Of a stretch of DNA of 64,000 bases, positions 1 to 7,212 are shown one piece after another. Each line of letters opens with the position of its first letter. The first letter of the stretch is position 1. Origin of the DNA: Candidatus Rokuibacteriota bacterium (GTDB lineage: Bacteria > Methylomirabilota > Methylomirabilia > Rokubacteriales > CSP1-6); NCBI GenBank assembly GCA_016193045.1, contig JACPSW010000001.1, positions 1,579-65,578 of the forward strand, in the 5' to 3' direction. Under the pieces are notes generated by a model. It saw only the letters and a program-made list of their open reading frames with translations. It was not told where the DNA came from and ran no database searches. The translations under genes and the position numbers were made by a program.

Positions 1-237
1 GGGATTCTCCCCCAGGCCGCTCCCCAGTGCCTCTCCTACGCCCTCTACCGCTGGGAGGTGAACATCCGGGCCGCCGCGATCATGGGGTTCGTCGGGGCAG
101 GGGGACTGGGCCAGCGGATTCACATCGCCATCAGCCTCTTCCTGGAACACCAGCTGCTGACGCTGATTCTCGCGATCTACGTGATGGTGACGGTCGTGGA
201 TGTGCTGAGCGCCTATCTCCGCCGCCGCCTCCTCTGA
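1..237 (+). CDS. phnE: Phosphonate ABC transporter permease PhnE-like, C-terminal fragment (5' end outside window)
   Basis: Frame 1 is open from base 1 to TGA 235-237. The translation ...LPQAAPQCLSYALYRWEVNIRAAAIMGFVGAGGLGQRIHIAISLF...VVDVLSAYLRRRLL resembles the conserved PhnE C-terminus (VGAGGxG motif, hydrophobic last TM, D..S..lR tail). Confidence 0.7.
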   Translation, partial: GILPQAAPQCLSYALYRWEVNIRAAAIMGFVGAGGLGQRIHIAISLFLEHQLLTLILAIYVMVTVVDVLSAYLRRRLL

Positions 238-419
238 CAGCGAGTGCGGATTATTCATGAACGCACATCGGCGTGGTGGGCGGGTCCTTTCGCGGGGTGC
301 AGCCCCGCTGGCCGCGCTCCGTCACCCGCTCGCCCGAACGCAGCTCAGGTGAGCTGCGGACGGGCCGCGGGGGTTGCGCGGGCGTGCGACGGGTTAGGCA
401 AGATAAGTTGGAGTCGCGC

Positions 420-671
420 TTAGCGAACGTTGCGTTCGCGGAGGAAGGAAAGTAGGCGATCCTTGAGCTCGGCGGGGATGTCGGTTTCCTTGAGGTGCCG
501 GGCGGCCTTGACGGTGCCCTTGTAGGTATTCACGAACGCGACACAGGGAGTGCAACCCTCCAGGTGGACCTGGAGTCGGCGGGCTGTGGCGGGGTCGAGA
601 CTGCCGTCCAGGTAATCGGCCAGCAGGCCGACGATTTCCTGACAGCGGCACTGCGACGGCCCCTTCCCCAC
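420..671 (-). CDS. Small zinc-finger (zf-HC2 / ZAS-type) anti-sigma factor
   Basis: 83 aa. N-terminal C-x-C...YLDGSL...HLEGCTPC, the H-x3-C-x2-C signature of RsrA/ChrR-type anti-sigma factors. No TM segment. No sigma factor gene is adjacent. Confidence 0.75.
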   Translation of the reverse strand: MGKGPSQCRCQEIVGLLADYLDGSLDPATARRLQVHLEGCTPCVAFVNTYKGTVKAARHLKETDIPAELKDRLLSFLRERNVR

Positions 672-885
672 CCTGCGTTCGCTCCCTCCTGAATCTCCAA
701 CACCTTATCACGAGCCCCGAGTCCGGGCAATGTGCGGGGAATATCCCCACCTCTTCAGATGTTTTCGTAGGCAAGAGGATTCCGGCGGTGGAGCGCAACA
801 TTCCGGCGGGGCTGGGCGTGCGGGCCCACAGCCGAAGGCTGGGGAGTGCACCGGGTGCCCAGCCCAGGTGAAAGGAGGCCGACTC

Positions 886-1350
886 ATGAAGGCACTGTGT
901 CGAATCGGGCTGGTGGCGGCGCTGGCGCTGGCGGTGGTGGCCGCCCCGGCGTGGGCCCAGAAGTTGACGGGGAAGCCCGTCACGGTCACGGGCCGGGTGG
1001 TGGATAACGTGTGCATCTGGCCCGCCGGGCTCGCAGGGGAGAGCCACAGAGAGTGCGCCATCGGCTGCGACAAGGCCGGGGTGCGAATGGCCCTCCTGGA
1101 CGAGAAGGCCAACGTGCTCTACACGGTGATGGCCGACGGACCGTTCAAGGACCCGAACGCCCCCCTCCGCGAGCACTTCGAGCGGACGGTGACGGTGAAG
1201 GGGACCCTCTACACCGCGCCCGGCGGCCAGAAGATCCTGGCCGTCCAGGAGGTGAAGTCGGCCCGCGCGGCGAATCCGTGCGCGGCGAAGGGAAAGGCGC
1301 CCGCCGCCAACCCGTGCGCGCCGAAGAATCCGTGCGGCGCCAAAAAGTAG
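886..1350 (+). CDS. Secreted hypothetical protein with C-terminal NPC Cys-repeat tail
   Basis: ATG 886 is preceded by AAAGGAGG (871-878). Signal peptide MKALCRIGLVAALALAVVAAPAWA. The tail AANPCAAKGKAPAANPCAPKNPCGAKK has three NPC motifs. The upstream extension of the track ORF (from 730) has no RBS or coding look. Confidence 0.6.
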   Translation: MKALCRIGLVAALALAVVAAPAWAQKLTGKPVTVTGRVVDNVCIWPAGLAGESHRECAIGCDKAGVRMALLDEKANVLYTVMADGPFKDPNAPLREHFERTVTVKGTLYTAPGGQKILAVQEVKSARAANPCAAKGKAPAANPCAPKNPCGAKK

Positions 1351-1369
1351 CCGAATAGAATAGGGGGCG

Positions 1370-2602
1370 ATGGCTCCCTCCCGTCGCCCCCGCTTTTTCC
1401 TTCCTTTCCTGTCCCTGCTCATCCTGCTTCCGGGGGCCGAGGCTCAGAAACCCTGGACGGAGGGCGAGCAGCTCGATTTCCTGCGCCGGCACTGGGCGCG
1501 CCCCATTCCGCTCCAGGGCAACCCCCCCGCACGCTGGAGCCCGGTTGAGGCCTCCCTCCTTCCGGAGAGCTGCGGCACCTGTCATCCCGCCCAGCTCGCC
1601 GACTGGAAGGGAAGCCTCCACGCCAAGAGCATGGGGCCCGGGGTGAAGGGCCAGCTCGTCGAGCTACTGGCCAGCGATACCGAGTCGGCTCTCGGGTGCT
1701 ATACGTGCCACGCCCCGCTCGGCGAGCAGCAGGAGAAGATTGCGGGGGGCCAGGGCGGCTTCCTCCGCAATGCGGCGTTCGACGCCCGGCTCCAGGCCAC
1801 GGGCTTGGCCTGCCCGGCCTGCCATGTGCGCGGGCACCGGCGCTTCGGCCCGCCGAAGCGCGATGGATCGCTCGCGAGCGAGCCGCCGCGCGAGCGCCTT
1901 CCCCACAACGGCGTGACCCGCACGCCGGCGTTTCTCCGGGCGGAGTTCTGCAAGGACTGTCATCAGTTTTCCCCCGACGGCTTCGCCCTGAACGGCAAGC
2001 TCCTCGAGAATACCTACGCGGAGTGGACGTCGAGCCCCTTTGCTCGGGCGGGCATCCAGTGCCAGGACTGCCACATGCCCGGTCGCCGACATCTCTGGCG
2101 GGGGATCCACGACGCCGAGATGGTCCGGTCGGGCGTCGGCGTCGCCTTCTCCATCGACAGGGCGAGCTATGCGGTCGGCGATACGCTCGAGGCCCGGCTT
2201 ACCGTCACCAGCCGCAAGGTCGGCCACTACTTCCCGACGTACGTGACGCCTCGGGTGGTGGTGTCGGGCGAGCTGGTCGATCGATCGGGGCGCGTGGTGG
2301 CCGGAAGCCGGCAGGAGCAGATCATCGGGCGCGAGGTCACGCTGGACCTCGCGCGGGAGCTCTTCGATACGCGGCTGGCTCCCGGCGAGAGCGTGACGCT
2401 GCGCTACCGGCAGCGGCTGTCGAGCGCCGGGCTCAGGCTGAGGGTTGCGGTCACCGTCCATCCGGACCACTTCTACGTGGGGTTCTTCGAGGCCCTCCTG
2501 GCCGCCGGGGCGGGAAAGGGAACTCCTCAGGTCCGGGAGGCGCTTCGCGCCGCCCGAAGCTCTTCCTTCACTCTTTACGTCAACGAAGTGCCCCTGACCT
2601 GA
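1370..2602 (+). CDS. Pentaheme c-type cytochrome, secreted
   Basis: 410 aa with an N-terminal signal peptide. Five CxxCH haem-binding motifs (CGTCH, CYTCH, CPACH, CKDCH, CQDCH) lie in the first ~230 aa. The C-terminal half has no haem motif. Confidence 0.85.
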   Translation: MAPSRRPRFFLPFLSLLILLPGAEAQKPWTEGEQLDFLRRHWARPIPLQGNPPARWSPVEASLLPESCGTCHPAQLADWKGSLHAKSMGPGVKGQLVELLASDTESALGCYTCHAPLGEQQEKIAGGQGGFLRNAAFDARLQATGLACPACHVRGHRRFGPPKRDGSLASEPPRERLPHNGVTRTPAFLRAEFCKDCHQFSPDGFALNGKLLENTYAEWTSSPFARAGIQCQDCHMPGRRHLWRGIHDAEMVRSGVGVAFSIDRASYAVGDTLEARLTVTSRKVGHYFPTYVTPRVVVSGELVDRSGRVVAGSRQEQIIGREVTLDLARELFDTRLAPGESVTLRYRQRLSSAGLRLRVAVTVHPDHFYVGFFEALLAAGAGKGTPQVREALRAARSSSFTLYVNEVPLT

Positions 2603-2660
2603 CCGCCGTCGATCGAGCCGTTGCCTTCGGGTTGTGTCGCGTGTACCCTGGAGCAACGCT

Positions 2661-3728
2661 ATGCGCCTGGCCCTCCTGACGCCCTTCGACTTCCCCTCGG
2701 TCCGCGGCAACGCCATCACCGTCAACCGGATCGCGCGCGGTCTCCGAGAGCGGGGCGCCGATCTTCAAGTGTGGGACTGCTCGGTCGTTCCCGCGGGCCG
2801 GGTCGAGCGCGAGGTCGAAGCCTCCCGCCCCGCGCTCATCCACGCCTTCCACGCCTTCCGCGTGGGACCCCTGGCCCTGAGGCTGGCCCGGAAGCTCGAG
2901 GTGCCGCTGCTGGTCACGATCACGGGCACCGACGGCAACCACGATCTCTTCGATCCCGATCGGGCCCAGACGGTGCGCCGCGTGCTGGAGGGCGCTTCCA
3001 CCGTGACCGTCTTCCACGCCACCATGCTGACGCGGATTTCGTGCGCCCTCCCCGACCTCGCGGCTAAGATGGTCGTGATTCCCCAGAGCGTCTCGTTCGA
3101 GGACGGGCCGCCGTACCCGCTCGCCGAGCGCCTAAGCCTCCCGTCCGAGGCCGTCGTCTTCCTCTTTCCGGCCGGGATCCGGATGGTGAAGAACCCGCTC
3201 TTCCCGCTGTCGCCTCTGGAGCACCTCGCGCCCCGCTTCCCCTCCCTCCGGCTCGTGTACGCCGGGCCGATCCTCGACCCGGACGAGGGCGGGCGCCTGC
3301 TCCGAGCCCTGGCGGAGCGTCGCTGGGCCGCCCACTTGGGCACGGTGCCGCACAGCCAGATGAAGTCGCTCCTGGAGGCATCCGACGTGATGCTCAATTG
3401 CTCGCTCTCCGAGGGCGGCATGGCCAACTCCGTCCTGGAAGCCATGGCGTGCGCCCGGCCCGTCCTGGCCTCCGACATCGAGGGGAATCGCTCGCTCGTC
3501 GAAGACGGGGTCACGGGGTTCCTGTTCAGAGATCCGGAGGAGTTCGAGGCCAAGGCCGTCCGGCTCCTCGGGGATCCCGGGCTCCGGCGAACGCTCGGGC
3601 TGACGGGGCAGACGCGTATCCGCGCGCTCTACGCCCCCGAGCGCGAGCTGGAAGGCTACCTGGCCCAGTACCACCGGCTGGTTCCGGCTCGCTCGGCCGG
3701 CGACTTTCTGCTGCGCGACGGCCGCTGA
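2661..3728 (+). CDS. Glycosyltransferase, GT1/GT4 family
   Basis: Starts MRLALLTPFDFPSVRGNAITVNRIARGL (typical GT4 N-terminus). C-terminal EGGMANSVLEAMACARPVLASDIEGNRSLVEDGVTGFL is the GT1 EX7E-type nucleotide-sugar binding region. Confidence 0.8.
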   Translation: MRLALLTPFDFPSVRGNAITVNRIARGLRERGADLQVWDCSVVPAGRVEREVEASRPALIHAFHAFRVGPLALRLARKLEVPLLVTITGTDGNHDLFDPDRAQTVRRVLEGASTVTVFHATMLTRISCALPDLAAKMVVIPQSVSFEDGPPYPLAERLSLPSEAVVFLFPAGIRMVKNPLFPLSPLEHLAPRFPSLRLVYAGPILDPDEGGRLLRALAERRWAAHLGTVPHSQMKSLLEASDVMLNCSLSEGGMANSVLEAMACARPVLASDIEGNRSLVEDGVTGFLFRDPEEFEAKAVRLLGDPGLRRTLGLTGQTRIRALYAPERELEGYLAQYHRLVPARSAGDFLLRDGR

Positions 3729-3820
3729 GGCCCGCGGCGCCTGCAAAAATTGCCGTGAGCCCAACAACCTGATAGGCTAAGCCCAAGGCGGCAAACATCT
3801 CGTCGGGCCGAAAGGGAGGC

Positions 3821-4837
3821 ATGATGACGAACGCCGAGCGCGTCCAGGAATTCGTCGAGGCCTTCGGCAGCCTGAAAGGGGAAGTCGGGAAGATCATCGT
3901 CGGGTACGAGGAGGTCGTCACCGACGTCCTCGTGGGGCTCTTCGCCGGCGGGCACGTCCTCCTCGAAGGGGTGCCCGGCCTCGGCAAGACCCTCCTGATC
4001 AAGACGCTGGCCGCGGGGCTCGAGCTCTCGTTCTCCCGGATCCAGTTCACGCCCGACCTCATGCCCGCCGACATCATCGGCACGAACATCATTCTGGAGG
4101 ACCCCGAGGGGCGGAGGCACTTCCAGTTCCAGAAGGGGCCGATCTTCGGCCACATCCTTCTCGCCGACGAGGTGAACCGCGCCACCCCCAAGACCCAGTC
4201 GGCGCTGCTGGAGGGGATGCAGGAGGGGAGCGCTACCGTGTCCGGGATCTCGCACCCCCTGCCATCGCCGTTCTTCGTCCTGGCCACCCAGAACCCGATC
4301 GAGATGGAGGGCACGTACCCGCTTCCCGAAGCCCAGCTCGATCGCTTCCTCTTCAAGCTGCGCGTGACGTATCCGGGGCTGGAGGAGCTCAACGAGATCA
4401 TCGACCGGACTACCCGGGCCCGGGAGACGGAGGTCCGACGGGTCATGACGGGCCCCGAAGTGCTCCGATTCCGCGAGCTGGTCCGGGAGGTTCCCATCGC
4501 CGCTCACGTGCGCGAGCTGGCCTCCCTCATCGTCATGGCCACCCACCCCCAGTGGGAACACGCGCCGGACGTCACCCGGCGTTTCGTGCGCTACGGATCG
4601 AGTCCGCGGGGAGCCCAGGCGCTGGTGCTAGGGGGCAAGGTGCGCGCGCTCGCCCAGGGGCGTTACAACGTGAGCGTGGAAGATCTCAGAGCCGTGACGC
4701 GGGCGGCGCTGCGGCACCGGATCATCCTGAACTTCGAGGGCGAAGCGGAAGGCGTCGACGTGGACAGCCTGATCGGGGACGTGCTGGAACAGGCGGAGGC
4801 GATGAGCCATAGGGGGAAAGAGGTGTTCTTGCGGTAG
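3821..4837 (+). CDS. moxR: MoxR-family AAA+ ATPase
   Basis: 338 aa. Walker A GVPGLGKT, Walker B ILLADEVNRA, then TQSALLEGMQE and FFVLATQNPIEMEGTYPLPEAQLDRF, which are diagnostic MoxR/RavA-like motifs. Confidence 0.92.
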   Translation: MMTNAERVQEFVEAFGSLKGEVGKIIVGYEEVVTDVLVGLFAGGHVLLEGVPGLGKTLLIKTLAAGLELSFSRIQFTPDLMPADIIGTNIILEDPEGRRHFQFQKGPIFGHILLADEVNRATPKTQSALLEGMQEGSATVSGISHPLPSPFFVLATQNPIEMEGTYPLPEAQLDRFLFKLRVTYPGLEELNEIIDRTTRARETEVRRVMTGPEVLRFRELVREVPIAAHVRELASLIVMATHPQWEHAPDVTRRFVRYGSSPRGAQALVLGGKVRALAQGRYNVSVEDLRAVTRAALRHRIILNFEGEAEGVDVDSLIGDVLEQAEAMSHRGKEVFLR

Positions 4838-4855
4838 AGCCGGAGGGAACCGAGC

Positions 4856-6307
4856 ATGGCGGACGCAGACATCCTCGAACGGCTGGTCGCTCAGGTTGGC
4901 TGGCAGATCCGGCGGCGCCGCGCCGAGTTTTACGGGCTCCGCGGCCTCTTCTTCGGCGCGATTGTCGGGCTCGTCCCGCTCCTGCTGAAGGGCGCCGCGG
5001 GCCCCGCGGCGCCGCTGATGGCGCTGGGGGTGGTCCTCCTGGGCGCCGCGGTCGGTGCGCTGAGAGGGCTGGCCCTGCCGATTCCCGCCGCCGATGCCGC
5101 GCGCCTCGCCGACCGGGCGTTCGCGCTCCAAGATCGCGTGGCCACGGCCCTGGAGTGGGGAAGCCGGCCCGACCGGAGCCCGCTGGTGGATCTCCTGGTG
5201 GCGGACGTGACGGCCCGCCTCCAGGACCTGGATGGGCGCGGCGTCGTGCTGCGCCGCTGGCCGCGGGAGTTCCGGCTGCTCCCCATCCCGGCGGTCCTGA
5301 TGGTCCTTCTCACCCTCGTCCCGTCGATCCCGTTTCCGGCGGGGCGGCTGCCCGTCTTTTCCTCCTCCGATGACACCGAGCCCCCCGAGGAGCGCGGGTC
5401 GAAGGTCCTCACCGACGAGCGACCCAGGGTCGGCAAGCGGGAGCTGCTGCAGCGCGCGGAGATCATGGAGCGGAACCTCTCGGCCCGCGGGGGCGCCACC
5501 GGCGGCAGCCAGCCGGGGGATCTCGCCGCGCTCTTCAAGGACACCGCCCTCGCCGCCCAGCGTCCAGACTTCCAGAGCTTTCTCAAGAAGGGCGACGAGC
5601 GGCTGCGCATGCTCGAGCAGGTCGACCGCCTGCCGGACCTGAAGCGCGACTTCACGCAGAGCCAGTACAAGATGATCTTCCAGCGGCGGAAGGAGCTTTT
5701 CGGCGGCCTCCGGCCCGATCAGATCTCTCCGCAGAGGCTCCGGGAGTTGCTCGAGGAGATGCAGCGCATGGGGCGCAAGGGCGGAAACTGGGGCGGGGAC
5801 ATCGGGGAGGGGATGGAGGCGCTGGACTCTGGGCAGAGCGACCGGGCCATGGAGGCGATGGAGCGCGCGCTTTCGAAGATGCGGGCCATGGAAGAGCGCG
5901 GTCGGGACGGGCGCGGGCTCCGCGGCGGGCGGGAGGACGGCCGCCGGGGTGGCCGCGGCGGGGACCGGGGCGGGAGCGGGAGCGACATGGACGCCGATTT
6001 CGGCGAGGGCGAGGGACTCCTGCCGGGCAAGGGGCGGAATCCCAACCCCAAGGGGGACGCCACCGAGCGCTTGCGCGCGAATCCCTTCGACGCCGGGGTC
6101 GAGGGCGAGGCGCGCTCGGGCCGGAAGGAGGGGTACGACACCAATCTCCTCGGCAAGGGCACCAACGTGCCTTCCCGTCTTCAGTACATGGGCGTCTTCG
6201 GCCAGTACCGGAAGATGATGGAAGAGGCCATGGCGCGGGAGCAGGTCCCCCGGGACTACCAGTCGCAGGTGAAGGAGTACTTCGAGTCGCTGGAGGACCG
6301 CCGGTAG
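4856..6307 (+). CDS. Hypothetical membrane protein with long Arg/Gly/Asp/Glu-rich disordered region (Bat-like operon member)
   Basis: Two N-terminal hydrophobic segments (GLFFGAIVGLVPLLL, LMALGVVLLGAAVGAL) and a third around residue 150. C-terminal half is low complexity (RGRDGRGLRGGREDGRRGGRGGDRGGSGSD). Its stop overlaps the DUF58 start (TAGTG). Confidence 0.6.
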   Translation: MADADILERLVAQVGWQIRRRRAEFYGLRGLFFGAIVGLVPLLLKGAAGPAAPLMALGVVLLGAAVGALRGLALPIPAADAARLADRAFALQDRVATALEWGSRPDRSPLVDLLVADVTARLQDLDGRGVVLRRWPREFRLLPIPAVLMVLLTLVPSIPFPAGRLPVFSSSDDTEPPEERGSKVLTDERPRVGKRELLQRAEIMERNLSARGGATGGSQPGDLAALFKDTALAAQRPDFQSFLKKGDERLRMLEQVDRLPDLKRDFTQSQYKMIFQRRKELFGGLRPDQISPQRLRELLEEMQRMGRKGGNWGGDIGEGMEALDSGQSDRAMEAMERALSKMRAMEERGRDGRGLRGGREDGRRGGRGGDRGGSGSDMDADFGEGEGLLPGKGRNPNPKGDATERLRANPFDAGVEGEARSGRKEGYDTNLLGKGTNVPSRLQYMGVFGQYRKMMEEAMAREQVPRDYQSQVKEYFESLEDRR

Positions 6308-7212
6308 TGGGGGTTCGCCCGGTGGCGGGGGAGCGGGGGCAGGGTCTCCTCTCCGGCGACTTCCTGATCCAGCTGGAGCGGCTCGCGCTGCTCTCGAAGC
6401 GGACCTTCCGGGGCCGGGTCAAGGGCGAGCGCAAGAGCCCCCACCGCGGCAGCAGTGTCGAGTTTGTGGATTACCGGCCGTACGGGGTGGGGGACGACCT
6501 CCGCTACGTCGACTGGAACATTTTCGGCCGGCTGGACCGGCTCTACCTGAAGCTCTTCGTCGATGAGGAAGACCTCTGCTTGCACCTGCTGCTGGACGCC
6601 TCTGCCTCCATGGACTACGGCGAGCCGACCAAGCTCGAATACGGGCGCCGCGTGGCGGCGGCGCTCGGCTTCGTGGCGCTCGTGAACTACGAGCGCGTCG
6701 GCGTCGGCATCGTGAGGGACCGGGTGACGGAGGGATGGTCGCCGACCCGCGGCCGGTCTCAGGTCCTCCCGCTGCTCGACTTTCTGGGAAAGCTGCGCCC
6801 GGGCGGCGCGACGGGGCTGAACGAGGGTCTGGCAAGCTACGCGCGGCAGTCCCGGGACAGCGGCCTCGCCGTGGTGATCTCCGACCTCCTTGACCCCGGC
6901 GGATACGAAGCGGGACTCCGGGCGCTGCAGGAGCAACGCTTCGACGTGCACCTGGTCCACGTGCTGGCGCCCGAGGAGATGAACCCCGCCTTCAGCGGGG
7001 ATCTCCGGCTTCGGGACGCCGAGACCGGCGAGATCCGGGATCTGACGCTTGACGGCGAGGCGCGCCGCAGTTACGCTCGCCGCCTCCGGGAATTTCTCGA
7101 TGCGGCCGAGGGGTTCTGCCGCAGCCGCGAGATCAGCTATCATCGCGTCACGACCGACATCCCGGTTGAGGAGTTCGTGCTGAGACAGCTCAAGGGGCTC
7201 CTGCTCCTGTGA
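6307..7212 (+). CDS. DUF58 family protein (VWA-like, MoxR partner)
   Basis: GTG start overlaps the upstream stop. GSSVEFVDYRPYGVGDDLRYVDWNIFGRLDRLYLKLFVDEED is the hallmark DUF58 motif, followed by an LLLDASASM (MIDAS-like) segment. Confidence 0.9.
   Translation: MGVRPVAGERGQGLLSGDFLIQLERLALLSKRTFRGRVKGERKSPHRGSSVEFVDYRPYGVGDDLRYVDWNIFGRLDRLYLKLFVDEEDLCLHLLLDASASMDYGEPTKLEYGRRVAAALGFVALVNYERVGVGIVRDRVTEGWSPTRGRSQVLPLLDFLGKLRPGGATGLNEGLASYARQSRDSGLAVVISDLLDPGGYEAGLRALQEQRFDVHLVHVLAPEEMNPAFSGDLRLRDAETGEIRDLTLDGEARRSYARRLREFLDAAEGFCRSREISYHRVTTDIPVEEFVLRQLKGLLLL

Noticed and set aside
273-455. 60-aa plus-strand ORF in the phnE / anti-sigma convergent gap.
   Set aside because: It has Arg/Gly-rich composition, no RBS, and overlaps the 3' end of the anti-sigma gene. 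It is probably non-coding spacer that contains a GC hairpin (GCGGGG-TGCAG-CCCCGC).
730-885. N-terminal extension of the secreted NPC-repeat protein (track ORF from 730).
   Set aside because: The extension (MCGEYPHLFRCFRRQEDSGGG...) precedes a clear RBS, ATG and signal peptide at 886. It would bury the signal peptide internally.
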